A stretch of 49,440 bases of DNA from positions 1 through 49,440 of the forward strand of contig JBGAIN010000043.1 of NCBI GenBank assembly GCA_044225505.1, in the 5' to 3' direction. Numbering within the stretch: the stretch's first letter is position 1; every line of letters begins with the position of its first letter. Of the stretch, positions 1-9,657 are shown one piece after another. Position numbers and translations under genes: made by a program. The notes under the pieces are model-generated. The model had not been told where the DNA came from, searched no databases, and worked only from the letters and a program-made list of their open reading frames with translations. Origin of the DNA: Limisphaerales bacterium (lineage in GTDB: Bacteria; Verrucomicrobiota; Verrucomicrobiia; Limisphaerales; SIBE01).

Positions 1-494
1 CTCCAAGCGGCGAGTGGAATTCCGATTGGGGCGCATCCAAGTCTGACAGGCGCCGTGGCGGCCGCAGATCGGCTGGCCAGTAACAGGACGCCCGGGCTTC
101 GTTTCTCTGATGTGTGGAATAGAGAACCGGGTATGAACAACCTGGGAAGCGGAGGCAAGCTGTCGACGGAGTTGATCTGGGGCTCAGTGAAAAAGCGCAC
201 AACCTGGGCTGGTATTTGCCGGATGCCACCCCGGTGTTTTATCGAATGCAGTTCATCGGCAAAGGGCTTTCTGGTCCGGGCCGTAAACTCGGAAGGTATG
301 ATCTACTCGGGTCTCGTGGGCAAGGGATAGTAATGGTGTAAATTCTATCGAAATTGCAGTGGGTCCGCGATCGATCGGCCGCTGGTATTCAGCATCATGG
401 CACCGGGAAATCCGTCATTCATAACGCAACTGATTGAGGAGATAGAGATGCTTCGTGCTGACAAATTGTCTCGTAGGGCCTTCCGCCAGGTCGG

Positions 495-1697
495 TCACTC
501 GTAGCGCAGCGCCTCAATTGGGTCCAAGCGGGCTGCCTGACGGGCGGGAAAGTATCCAAAGACGACGCCCACTCCGCCGGAGAAGCCAAAGGCCAGGAGA
601 ACGGTGGTGAAGTCCAGGACGAACGGGAGGTTCAGGAAGTGACAGGCCAGCGCCGAACTGGCGAGACCGCCGACAATGCCGACGCCCCCGCCAAGCACCG
701 CGAGCGTGATCGCCTCAATCAGGAACTGCCGCAGCACTTCTTTTTCCATGGCGCCGATGGACATGCGGATGCCAATCTCCCGGGTCCGCTCTTTGACAGA
801 GACGAGCATGATATTCATGATTCCGATGCCTCCGACCAGGAGGCTGACGGCAGCAATCGCGCTGAGAAAAGCGGTGAGCATTCCCGTCACCTGTCCCACC
901 GTCTTGGTCACCTCCTTCATGTCTTGCACCTTGAAATCGTCTGGACTTCCCGGCGCCACATGCCGCCGCTCGTGCATTAAACTGGTGACGTCGCGCTGAA
1001 CTTTTGCGGTGAGATCCGACGCCTTGGCGGAAATGAAGGCGAAGCTGATGTCCCGATTGCCAGCGATCCGCCGCTGGAAACCACGCAGCGGAACTAGCAC
1101 CACCTCATCCTGATCATTGCCAAAGCTAGCTCCTTTCGCTTCGAGAACGCCAACCACTTCACAGGAGGTTTTTCCAATGCGCAAGGTCGCTCCCAGCGGG
1201 TTCTGGAGATGGAACAGCTCTTTCTGAGTGGTTGCGCCGATGATGCACACCATCTTCCCGGAGCGTAATTCAGCGTCGGAAAACGTGCGCCCAGCTGCCA
1301 GCTTCCAGTCCCGAGCTTCAAAAAAATTGTTGTCCACGCCGGTAACGGTCGTGGGGCGATTTTCATTGCCATAGATCACCAGTAAGGAACGGTTGGCCTG
1401 AGGCGCGACAATGGCGTCCGGGATCTCACGCACGATGGCCGCAATATCCTCTTCTTTGAAAGGAGCGGTCGGCTTCGGACCGCCACCGCGGGCGGCACTT
1501 TCGGGAAAAAGAATCAGCAAGTTGCGTCCCAAGCTGGAGATCTGGGCGGTGATGGATTGCTGTGCGCCTCGCCCCAACGTGACCATCAAGATGACGGCGC
1601 CGACGCCGATCATGATTCCAAGAGTCGTTAACATGGAGCGCAGCAGGTGCCGATGGACCTCCCTCAGTGCCAGAAAAATGGTGGTAAACAGCGTCAT
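495..1697 (-). CDS. MacB/FtsX-family ABC transporter permease
   Basis: N-terminal RSMLTTLGIMIGVGAVILMV TM, large periplasmic loop, GGIGIMNIMLVSVKERTREIGIR motif, C-terminal PARQAARLDPIEALRYE; 4-nt overlap with the upstream ATPase. Confidence 0.95.
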   Translation of the reverse strand: MTLFTTIFLALREVHRHLLRSMLTTLGIMIGVGAVILMVTLGRGAQQSITAQISSLGRNLLILFPESAARGGGPKPTAPFKEEDIAAIVREIPDAIVAPQANRSLLVIYGNENRPTTVTGVDNNFFEARDWKLAAGRTFSDAELRSGKMVCIIGATTQKELFHLQNPLGATLRIGKTSCEVVGVLEAKGASFGNDQDEVVLVPLRGFQRRIAGNRDISFAFISAKASDLTAKVQRDVTSLMHERRHVAPGSPDDFKVQDMKEVTKTVGQVTGMLTAFLSAIAAVSLLVGGIGIMNIMLVSVKERTREIGIRMSIGAMEKEVLRQFLIEAITLAVLGGGVGIVGGLASSALACHFLNLPFVLDFTTVLLAFGFSGGVGVVFGYFPARQAARLDPIEALRYE

Positions 1698-2422
1698 CGT
1701 GTTGAGGCCTCATCGGAGGCAATTAACCCATCCCGAAAGTGGACGATCCGCTGCGCGAAAGCGGCCATATCGGGTTCGTGGGTCACCATGACAATGGTCA
1801 TACCACGCTCTCGATTCAGCCGGACCAGGAGTTCCATGATCTCCACGCTGCGAGCGGAGTCGAGGTTGCCGGTGGGTTCGTCTGCGAGGATCAGATCCGG
1901 GTTTGTCACGATGGCTCTGGCAATGGCGATGCGTTGCTGCTGTCCCCCGGAGAGTTCGCCCGGTGTGTGGGTCTCGCGGTCGGCCAGGCCGACGGCTTTC
2001 AAAGCCGCGCGGGCTTGGGCATGGCGTTCCGCCGGCTTGACTCCACGGTAGATCATCGGCAATTCGAGGTTTTCTAGCGCCGTTGTCCGGGCCAATAGAT
2101 TGAAACCTTGAAAGATGAAGCCAAGGTAGTGACGGCGCAGTAGAGCCCGTTGATCTCGAGAAAGATCTCGCACTTCAATGCCTCGAAAACGATAGCTCCC
2201 GGCGGTGGGCGTGTCCAAGCAACCCAACAGGTTCATACACGTGGACTTTCCGGAGCCGCTGGCGCCCATGACGGCCACGAATTCTCCGCGAAAGATCCTG
2301 AGGTTGATTCCAGCGAGGGCTTTTACCTCGGCTTCACCCTTGCCATAAATCTTTGTGACGCTCGTGAGCTCCACGAGAGCTGGGCCGTGCGCGGCCTGCC
2401 GGGATGGGGCTTCGGCACTCAT
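1694..2422 (-). CDS. ABC transporter ATP-binding protein (LolD/MacB-type)
   Basis: Walker A GASGSGKST, signature LSGGQQQR, Walker B LILADEPTGNLD, H-loop VTHE. Confidence 0.96.
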   Translation of the reverse strand: MSAEAPSRQAAHGPALVELTSVTKIYGKGEAEVKALAGINLRIFRGEFVAVMGASGSGKSTCMNLLGCLDTPTAGSYRFRGIEVRDLSRDQRALLRRHYLGFIFQGFNLLARTTALENLELPMIYRGVKPAERHAQARAALKAVGLADRETHTPGELSGGQQQRIAIARAIVTNPDLILADEPTGNLDSARSVEIMELLVRLNRERGMTIVMVTHEPDMAAFAQRIVHFRDGLIASDEASTR

Positions 2423-3672
2423 TTCTTGGCAGTGAAAAGGTCGACGAGCACCTCGGTTCCCGCTTGCACCTCTCCGGACAAAACTTCGGTGGAACGACCG
2501 TCGCTCAGGCCTTTGTTGACTCGGAGCGCGGCCGGTGTGTTGGCGCGCAAGGTCCAGGCATAGCTAGCGGGAGCCTCGCGACCTGATAGCTCGGCTTCGG
2601 TCGGCGCGGGGGGCGTGGCGCCTGGTGGAACGAAACGAAGCGCGGCATTGGGGACGAGGAGCACGTTAGTCCGCGTGTCCGTGCGAATGGTGGCGGTGGC
2701 CGTCATCCCAGGGCGAAGCAAGGCTTCGGCGTTATCGACAATCAAGACGGCCTCGTAACTGACCACGCCTTGGACGGTCAGCGGCTCGTTCCGCAGCGAA
2801 GTGACTTGAGCAGCGAACTGCCGATCTGGATAAGCGTCCACTCTGAAACTGGCGGCTTGGGTTTCCCGGACGGATCCGACGTCCGCTTCATCGATGTTGA
2901 CGATCAGTTTCATGCGGTCCAGGTTCTCCGCCATCTTGAAGAGAATCGGCGTTTGAAATGCCGCCGCCACTGTCTGGCCCGGTTCCACCTTGCGCGCCAG
3001 GACGATGCCGTCGATGGGAGAGCGAATGACCGTCTTCTCGAGGCTGGTTTGATCGGCGTTTAACGAAGCCCGCGAAACGGTCACTTGCGCCTTAGCGCTG
3101 GCAACATTGGCCTCGCCCCGTGCTAGGGTGGCGCGGGCGGCTTCCAGATCCTGGTCGGAAATCAGCTTGGAACTGGCTAACTGCTCGGCGCGCCGCGCGT
3201 TCTGCCTGGCTTCCAGTAAGGTGGCCTCGGCTTGTTTGAGACCGGCTTCAGCTGCCTCCGACGCCGCCGAGGAACGCTGCACCTGAGCCCGAAGTTGCCG
3301 TGTGTCTATTTCAGCCAACGTATCCCCCTTCTTCACTCGGGAGTTAAAGTCCGCACTCACTTTCTGCACGAGCCCTGAAATTTCCGCGCCGACTTCCACT
3401 GTGTTCAGGGGCTGCAAGGTGCCCGTCGCGGTGACGACAACAGTCAGATCACCGCGCTTAGCCTGGGCGATTTGGAACTTTGGAGTGCGCGAATGCCCGA
3501 GGAAATGGCGATATGCCCACCCTGCTGCCACCGCTGCGAGAATGCATCCGGCCACGAGAAATGGCCGGCCCCGCCCGGCGCGGCGGCCTGGCTTGTCCAA
3601 CCCCAGCGTGCGCACGATTTCCGCGTTCGGCTCAGGGACTTCCAACCGATCTGGCTCGTTCGTCTGTCGCAT
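2419..3672 (-). CDS. Efflux periplasmic adaptor / membrane fusion protein (MacA-like)
   Basis: TM anchor, lipoyl-like VEVGAEISG...VKKGDTLAEID, coiled coil, IRSPIDGIV, LRPGMTA; first gene of a coupled three-gene operon. Confidence 0.93.
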   Translation of the reverse strand: MRQTNEPDRLEVPEPNAEIVRTLGLDKPGRRAGRGRPFLVAGCILAAVAAGWAYRHFLGHSRTPKFQIAQAKRGDLTVVVTATGTLQPLNTVEVGAEISGLVQKVSADFNSRVKKGDTLAEIDTRQLRAQVQRSSAASEAAEAGLKQAEATLLEARQNARRAEQLASSKLISDQDLEAARATLARGEANVASAKAQVTVSRASLNADQTSLEKTVIRSPIDGIVLARKVEPGQTVAAAFQTPILFKMAENLDRMKLIVNIDEADVGSVRETQAASFRVDAYPDRQFAAQVTSLRNEPLTVQGVVSYEAVLIVDNAEALLRPGMTATATIRTDTRTNVLLVPNAALRFVPPGATPPAPTEAELSGREAPASYAWTLRANTPAALRVNKGLSDGRSTEVLSGEVQAGTEVLVDLFTAKK

Positions 3673-3945
3673 AACCTTTGCCTAGTCTGGCGACGTTTCG
3701 GAACAAGAACAGACATGGCTTGATAAATTCATGTGACAATCCGGTGAACGTGCGGTCTGGGGAAGATCTTATCGAATCGGGGCAGGGGAGTCCAATGCCG
3801 CTGCACTTCGCATTTGGCGCGCTTGACGAAGAGACCCTAAGCGCACGCTTGGGAGTATGTAACTAGCAGAATGCCAGAGACATCTGCGACTGATCCTTCG
3901 GATCAGGCCGGCATCGAGGGGAAAAACGACACGGCCAAAGTCGGC

Positions 3946-3998
3946 NNNNNNNNNNNNNNNNNNNNNNNNNNNNNNNNNNNNNNNNNNNNNNNNNNNNN
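3946..3998. other. Assembly gap (53 N)
   Basis: Run of N. AAAGTCGGC lies on both sides, and the right side forms a GTCGGCA...TGCCGAC hairpin, suggesting an unresolved short repeat. Confidence 0.98.
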
Positions 3999-4257
3999 AA
4001 AGTCGGCAGCCGCGGCCGCCTTGCCGACAAACCTAGACCATGACGTAGAATTATGTCCGCGGCGGCATCTCAAACGGGGGCGTTCGCTGTCGCCGCCCGA
4101 CGTGCTCCAAAATAAGTATATCCCGCCGGGGGCAATGAGATAGGATACGAGAATACGATCGTTTGTGATAATCCGCGGCGCACGCTCAACGTGTCACCCA
4201 TCGGTGCCGTCCGGCAAGGTGACGCTGGCGGCTAGCGTCGATGACTCTCGAGGACTC

Positions 4258-5490
4258 ATGACCTGGATTTTACTGTTGCTCGCGACGATTTCCTTGGGAA
4301 CCGCGGCGGAAATCAAGCCACGGCCACCCGCTGGCTTCGTTTCGAATCTGCCGTTGATTTGGCTCGATGCCAAAGAGCCGATTGCGTCCGAGACCAAAGT
4401 GGGGTGCGCGGTGCAAATAATGTGGCCGAAAGGCGCAAAACCGGTGCATTCGCTGACCGGATTGGTCCGCATCCATGGAGCAAGTTCTCAGATGTATCCC
4501 AAGAAGTCCTATGCGATTTCACTGGGGACGCCCGTGCGATGGATTGGGTCGCGTGCGAATGCGCATTGGGTCCTCAATGCAGCGTTCGTCGACCGATCGC
4601 TGATGCGCCACAAGCTCTCCTACGATCTGTTCCGGGCGCTCTCGAGGACCAATTCGCCACGCTTTGCCGCGGAAAGCCGCTTCGTGGAAGTATTTGTCAA
4701 TGGCCGCTACGAGGGTGCCTACTTATTGATGGAACGTGTCGATCGGGCCATGTTGGGGTTGCATCCCTACGATAGCAACGCCACCCGCCACGCCTGCATT
4801 TATAAGGCGCTCGACCATGTCGCGAACTTTGACGAGGTTGTTCATGACGGATATGAACAGCGCGAACCCGACCCGTTGCTAAAAGAGTACTGGACGCCTT
4901 TGGATGAATTGAATCGCGTCGGCAGCAGCCGACGCCAGACAGATCTTTTTGACTCGGCCAAGGGCATCTCCACTCGTCTCGACTTGCAGAACACAATCGA
5001 TTTTCACTTGCTCATTCTACTCACGAGTAACATGGACGGCTTCGATAAGAATCTCATCCTGGCACGTGACGCCCCGGTCACAAACGCGCCGCTGCCACGA
5101 TTCTTCTTTGTTCCGTGGGACTATGATGCGACGTTCGGGCGAAGCTGGGAAGGGAGCCCTTTCTCGGCTACGGCATGGCTGTCAAACCACCTATTTGAAA
5201 AGCTGTTGCGCAATCCGGGCTATGCCCAAGAGTTTGGCACCCGATGGAGGGAGCTGCGCGGCAGCGTGTTTTCAGTGCAACATATTAACCGCCTAATTGA
5301 CCTCAATGTGGCGGAGGTTGCCGTCGCTGCCGAGCGTAACGCGGCCCGCTGGCGCGACGCCGAAAGCTATTACCCTGATCGGTTGACTCTTCAGCAGGAC
5401 GTCGCGCAGATGAAGAATTGGGTGACCCGGCGGACCCAGTGGCTGGACCATGAGATCGAACGGCGGACGCGGACTGGAGCGACCCGGTGA
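4258..5490 (+). CDS. CotH kinase family secreted protein
   Basis: Signal peptide (MTWILLLLATISLGTAA) after a GAGGA RBS; motifs IHGASSQMYPKKSY, DRSLMRHKLSY, FVEVFVNGRYEGAYLLMERV, KN...FVPWDYDATFG. Confidence 0.88.
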   Translation: MTWILLLLATISLGTAAEIKPRPPAGFVSNLPLIWLDAKEPIASETKVGCAVQIMWPKGAKPVHSLTGLVRIHGASSQMYPKKSYAISLGTPVRWIGSRANAHWVLNAAFVDRSLMRHKLSYDLFRALSRTNSPRFAAESRFVEVFVNGRYEGAYLLMERVDRAMLGLHPYDSNATRHACIYKALDHVANFDEVVHDGYEQREPDPLLKEYWTPLDELNRVGSSRRQTDLFDSAKGISTRLDLQNTIDFHLLILLTSNMDGFDKNLILARDAPVTNAPLPRFFFVPWDYDATFGRSWEGSPFSATAWLSNHLFEKLLRNPGYAQEFGTRWRELRGSVFSVQHINRLIDLNVAEVAVAAERNAARWRDAESYYPDRLTLQQDVAQMKNWVTRRTQWLDHEIERRTRTGATR

Positions 5491-5586
5491 ACAGATGGGC
5501 CACGCACTCTGCTTTCTTGATCCGGACAGAGTTTTGCTTCTTGAGTGATCCATAACTCTCGTTGCCCGGTCGGGTCTAAGTTGGTG

Positions 5587-6147
5587 ATGCGAATTTTATC
5601 ACGGCACCGTTATTTGCTCCTCGTGGCGCTTATCCCGCTAGGAAGTGCGGCGCTCTTTCTCGTTGGGCCGGAAGGAGCCACATCCTCTGCTCCGCGATAC
5701 GTCGCCGTTGCGGAACTCGGTGCGCAGAACGACTCTGATGGGAGCATTCTAACCGGGTTCGCCATTTCGAATGTCAGTAAGTTTCCGGTTAGATGCCGCG
5801 TTGTCGGCCTGCAGCAGCTTGCAACCAATCGAACCAGGACAAGCACCAATCTCGAATGGAGATGGCAGCCCGGATGGTATTCCGTATCGCTGCAAGCGCG
5901 CCAGTGTATCTCCGTGACCAACAAACCGCCGACTAACGCGTTACCGTGGCGATTTGCGGTGTTCGCGGAGTGTCCTCCATCGCTACGTTGGCGCGTGGCG
6001 GACGTCCTGGAGTCGCACGTCTCACGAGGGCTTTATTGGCTGCTGGCAGGCGACCCGCGCCGAACGCAGTTCTTTCATAGCCATGAGTTCATTCCGGTGG
6101 AATTACGCAGGCTTGAACCCAATATGGACGGCGGATTTACTGAATGA
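5587..6147 (+). CDS. Hypothetical membrane-anchored/exported protein
   Basis: N-terminal hydrophobic segment (YLLLVALIPLGSAALFLV); co-oriented with neighbours; no family recognised; start uncertain (ORF opens at 5545). Confidence 0.55.
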   Translation: MRILSRHRYLLLVALIPLGSAALFLVGPEGATSSAPRYVAVAELGAQNDSDGSILTGFAISNVSKFPVRCRVVGLQQLATNRTRTSTNLEWRWQPGWYSVSLQARQCISVTNKPPTNALPWRFAVFAECPPSLRWRVADVLESHVSRGLYWLLAGDPRRTQFFHSHEFIPVELRRLEPNMDGGFTE

Positions 6148-6267
6148 TCGTCCGGTCCTCAGGGGGCGGCCGTTTGTTTGATCATTTCGGAGCTTTTGAT
6201 AGCACTTTTTGAAGCGTCGCCGACTTGTGTGATGAACAATCCGTTGGTTGAGAATAGCGGTTCAATT

Positions 6268-7716
6268 GTGAGCCTGAGATTGTGGATATCGAGGCTGCTA
6301 TTGGCGCTAGCCGTCCTGGGTCTTGGCCTTGCCGAGTCTGTGCGTGCCGAGTTGGAGTTAGCGAAGAGTGCTCCGCCATTGCGCCTGCGCAAATTGCTCC
6401 AAGCGCCTCCGGACGCAGGAGTCAGTTGGACGGCGCTGACGGGCAAAGTCGTCGTTGTCGACTTCTGGGCAACTTGGTGTGGACCGTGTCGGCAGACGAT
6501 TCCCCACTGGAATGAATTGGTTGAGAGTTTCAAGGGCAAACCGGTTCAATTTCTAGCCGTCACCGACGAGAGTGAGGAGGTCGTCTCGGCCTTTCTGAGA
6601 AGCAAGCCCATTTCTTCATGGGTTGGGCTTGACGGGCTGGGTCCTTCAACAACTGAGTCCTACGGCATTGAGGGGCTGCCGACGACCGTGATCATCAATC
6701 AGGTTGGGCTGCTTGTGGCCGTGACGCATCCCGCGCAGCTTTTAGCCAAACACATTCAAGAAGTGCTCGACCAAGGGAAAAGTTCCTTGCCTCAGCCAAA
6801 ACCGAACGACGCAATGGATTTTGAAGTCCCGGGTTCCGAGCGCGTGTCTCGAATCAAGCCCGTTTTCGAGGTAAGCGTTCAGCCGGCTGGGCCACTCCCT
6901 GAAGGACACGGGTTCGACGTGTGGGAGGGTTCCGGAACGAGCGCCGATGCGACTGGCCAATACTGCACCGTCAAGCGGGCCATTGTTAACTTGTTTGATT
7001 CCAAGGAACTTCTTCTCGACTGCCAGGTGCCACTTCCAACCCAACTCTATGATTTCAAAGTCCAGCTGCCGCCCAATGCCAGGCGGGGTGACCGTTACGC
7101 CGCTGTCCTTCCGTTGTTCCGCTCAGTATTTGGCCTCGAGATCCGGCGCGTTTCTCGGGAACAGGAGGTTTACGTTATCCGGGCGATCTCGACAAACGCT
7201 CCGGGACTTGTGCCTTCCACGGCCAGCTCCAGAGGGGGTGGGGGAGAAGAAGCCGGAGGTGTGAAGCTCGGGCGCGCGCCGATCGGCTGGTTGACGAGTT
7301 ATTTTGAACAGTTCCTAAAGCGACCGGTGTTGGATGAGACAGGCCTGACCGACCGCTTCGATATTCGCTTTCGCTGGAAGATGTCGCGACGCGAACTGTT
7401 GCCTTTAAATCTGGGGTTGGAGGTATTTCGAGCGCTTGTCCGACCTGACCGGGCGGAGGAAGATAGCCTGTCCGCGGAGCAACGGCGGCTGGTTGCAGCT
7501 TACCGTGGCGAACTGCCAGCGGCGGAAGCTCGAAGCTTAAGCGCGGAAGTTCTCGAAGATCTCCGCCTCCTTCGCCTTGAACTTGCCAAGCCGGAAGATG
7601 AGCGATTCATGCCGGAGACGCAGACCATTTTGGTGGCTGCCCGAGAGCAGTTGGGCTTGGACTTGAGGATCGAGCGTCGCACCGTTCAGGTCATCGTCGT
7701 CGAGGATGCAAAATAG
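6268..7716 (+). CDS. TlpA-like thioredoxin (WCGPC) fused to TIGR03435/DUF3738 domain
   Basis: Signal peptide; GKVVVVDFWATWCGPC; YGIEGLPTTVII cis-Pro loop; C-terminal RPVLDETGLTDRFDIRFRW...AAREQLGLDL..V.VIVVE typical of TIGR03435. Start could also be ATG 6232. Confidence 0.85.
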   Translation: MSLRLWISRLLLALAVLGLGLAESVRAELELAKSAPPLRLRKLLQAPPDAGVSWTALTGKVVVVDFWATWCGPCRQTIPHWNELVESFKGKPVQFLAVTDESEEVVSAFLRSKPISSWVGLDGLGPSTTESYGIEGLPTTVIINQVGLLVAVTHPAQLLAKHIQEVLDQGKSSLPQPKPNDAMDFEVPGSERVSRIKPVFEVSVQPAGPLPEGHGFDVWEGSGTSADATGQYCTVKRAIVNLFDSKELLLDCQVPLPTQLYDFKVQLPPNARRGDRYAAVLPLFRSVFGLEIRRVSREQEVYVIRAISTNAPGLVPSTASSRGGGGEEAGGVKLGRAPIGWLTSYFEQFLKRPVLDETGLTDRFDIRFRWKMSRRELLPLNLGLEVFRALVRPDRAEEDSLSAEQRRLVAAYRGELPAAEARSLSAEVLEDLRLLRLELAKPEDERFMPETQTILVAAREQLGLDLRIERRTVQVIVVEDAK

Positions 7717-8032
7717 GCGCTGGGTGCTCGGGCTGGGATTGTTGGCTGTCTACGCGCCATTCTCGTGGCTCCTTTTCGCTGGATGGGAAAACGCAAAGCT
7801 GTGGCCGGTGCTTCCGGGGCTCGTCATCTCCTACTTGATGAGCGATTGGCTTCCGCAGTCTTGGCTACCCAGGGGGGCGCAGGTTATTGGCCTGACGGTG
7901 ACTGTGCTTTTTGTGGCAGGGGTGCTGCTGGCCTTATTGCGAGTGCGTCGTGAATTTTGGGCTTTGCTCATGGGTGTCTTTGTTTTCTGCTGCGGCCTGG
8001 CGTTTCTGGCTAATCTCTTGATGACGAAATGA
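7706..8032 (+). CDS. Small integral membrane protein (about 4 TM), unknown function
   Basis: 108 aa, four hydrophobic segments, overlaps the upstream stop. Confidence 0.65.
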   Translation: MQNRRWVLGLGLLAVYAPFSWLLFAGWENAKLWPVLPGLVISYLMSDWLPQSWLPRGAQVIGLTVTVLFVAGVLLALLRVRREFWALLMGVFVFCCGLAFLANLLMTK

Positions 8033-8213
8033 GCATGGGAGCCGAACCCACGCCGGGTGCGGAATCCAAGACGGTTGCAGGAGTCCTCGGCGGCCGTGCT
8101 ATCATTTTGATAACGGCCTGGAACGAGCCAGGTTGACTCTGGCCCTGGCGGCGGTAGGCGTTTGCTTGGACTGCCAGAGGGATCAACCTGAATCGGAAAT
8201 GGAGATTTGAAAC

Positions 8214-8840
8214 ATGTTTTTTCTCGTCACAGGCGCTAGCGGAGTAGGGAAGTCCTCCGTCCGCAAGTTGATCGAACCCGAATTCGCTGACGTTGTCGAA
8301 GTCGCCGAGTTGGGGATGCTAGGAAGTACTCCGAAGTGGAGCATTGAATGGCGGCATCGAATGGTGGAACAGGCGGTGAAGCGAGCTCTGGAGGTTCATC
8401 GCGCGGGCAAGCACTTTCTGTTGTGCGGTGATCCGGTCCCGCCAGGAGAGGTGCTGGCAGCGCCGTCAGCGGACCAGCTGGATCGTCTCGCTGTTTGCCT
8501 TCTTGACGCGGAAGAACAAGCTCAAACCGCCCGCCTGCGTGAACGGGGCGATGATGCGAACTTCATCCCCCACCACGTGGCTTTCGCAACCTGGATGCGC
8601 CACCACGTGATTGACCACCGGCATCGTCCGGAGGTAATTATTCAGAATGCGTGGCCGCCGATGCGATGGGAACGGTGGGTTGGCAGGGCCGCCGCCCAGC
8701 CGCCGTGGGATCGTTATGTCATTGATACGACCTGGCTAAACCCGACGGAGGTCGCTCATCACGTGGCTCAGTGGCTGCGTCGGCACATGCAAGCTAACCA
8801 AGATGGGCTTACCGCGCTGGAGAATAACGCTGCTTTCTGA
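8214..8840 (+). CDS. P-loop NTPase, nucleoside/nucleotide kinase-like
   Basis: MFFLVTGASGVGKS Walker A at the N-terminus, lid-like RLRERG, C-terminal IDTT; GGAG RBS upstream. Confidence 0.75.
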   Translation: MFFLVTGASGVGKSSVRKLIEPEFADVVEVAELGMLGSTPKWSIEWRHRMVEQAVKRALEVHRAGKHFLLCGDPVPPGEVLAAPSADQLDRLAVCLLDAEEQAQTARLRERGDDANFIPHHVAFATWMRHHVIDHRHRPEVIIQNAWPPMRWERWVGRAAAQPPWDRYVIDTTWLNPTEVAHHVAQWLRRHMQANQDGLTALENNAAF

Positions 8841-8968
8841 ACGGGAAGCCACACGCGCCGGGGAATGACCCCTGATCTAATACCGTGGCTGCCGAGGGCA
8901 TCGCCGTCCGGATTGGTGTGCGCTTTTTGACTGTAAGGGTCTGTCTAAAGCAGATAGCGTCGCTCTGT

Positions 8969-9535
8969 TTGAATGAACTGACCCTCATTCTGACCCGGCT
9001 CGAACAGGGTGATAAAGCGGCGGCAAACGAGTTGCTGCCGCTCGTCTACAATGAGCTTCGCCAGATGGCTACCCGGAAGATGGCCGGGGAACCTCCAGGG
9101 CAGACGCTTCAGCCGACAGCTCTGGTCCATGAAGCGTGGTTAAGATTGGGCGCGGATGCTCAGCCACACTGGCAAAGCCGCGCGCATTTCTTCGGCGCGG
9201 CCGGGGAGGCGATGCGTCGGATTCTGGTGGAGCGCGCTCGCCGACGGCTGACGGCCAAGCGAGGAGGAGGAGCCGAGCCAGTGGAGTTGGACAAAATTGA
9301 GCTTCCGGCGCAGATCGCGGATGACGATGCGCTGCTACGGGTCAATGAGGCGCTCGAAAAGCTTGCGGCGGTGGATCGACAACGAGCCGAACTCGTCAAG
9401 CTGCGCTACTTCGTCGGCATGACCTTTGAGGAAACAGCCGGGGTGCTTGGAATTACTGTGCCTGTGGCCAAGCAATGGTGGGCCTATGCCCGTGCCTGGC
9501 TTTCGGTCGAGCTAGGCAGTTCGAAACTGACGTAG
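8969..9535 (+). CDS. ECF sigma factor 1 (TIGR02999 / STK-associated type)
   Basis: LLPLVYNELR, GQTLQPTALVHEAWLRL, HFFGAAGEAMRRILVE, region 4 VKLRYFVG...WAYARAWL; TTG start chosen by alignment with the two paralogs in the window. Confidence 0.93.
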   Translation: MNELTLILTRLEQGDKAAANELLPLVYNELRQMATRKMAGEPPGQTLQPTALVHEAWLRLGADAQPHWQSRAHFFGAAGEAMRRILVERARRRLTAKRGGGAEPVELDKIELPAQIADDDALLRVNEALEKLAAVDRQRAELVKLRYFVGMTFEETAGVLGITVPVAKQWWAYARAWLSVELGSSKLT

Positions 9536-9562
9536 CACCGATTGCCACAGCCGCCCACTCGG

Positions 9563-9618
9563 GTAGCCGCCGGTTAAGGAGACGGAAATGAACCATTCCC
9601 CCTCCTCGCCTCGGCGAC
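9563..9618. repeat. Degenerate GTAG-type REP-like palindrome
   Basis: GTAGCCGCCGGTTAAGGAGACGGA ... TTCCCCCTCCTCGCCTCGGCGAC; same arms as 44457-44529. Confidence 0.5.
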
Positions 9619-9620
9619 AA

Positions 9621-9645
9621 ATACCTTGGCGCCCTACTTTCGCAT
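9621..9645 (+). promoter_or_regulatory. Putative ECF1 promoter (ATAC-N15-TCGCAT) before kinase 1
   Basis: Ends 12 nt upstream of ATG 9658; similar motif at 13802-13827. Confidence 0.5.
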
Positions 9646-9657
9646 TGGGAAACGCGC

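Noticed and set aside
1..494. ORF 55-330 and other short frames at the left edge
   Set aside because: No recognisable motif or RBS; may be a gene remnant but cannot be supported.
4258..8840. Integron cassette array (co-oriented unrelated genes; GCCGAACC after a stop at ~8041)
   Set aside because: No integrase and no convincing RYYYAAC...GTTRRRY attC palindromes; only short hairpins.
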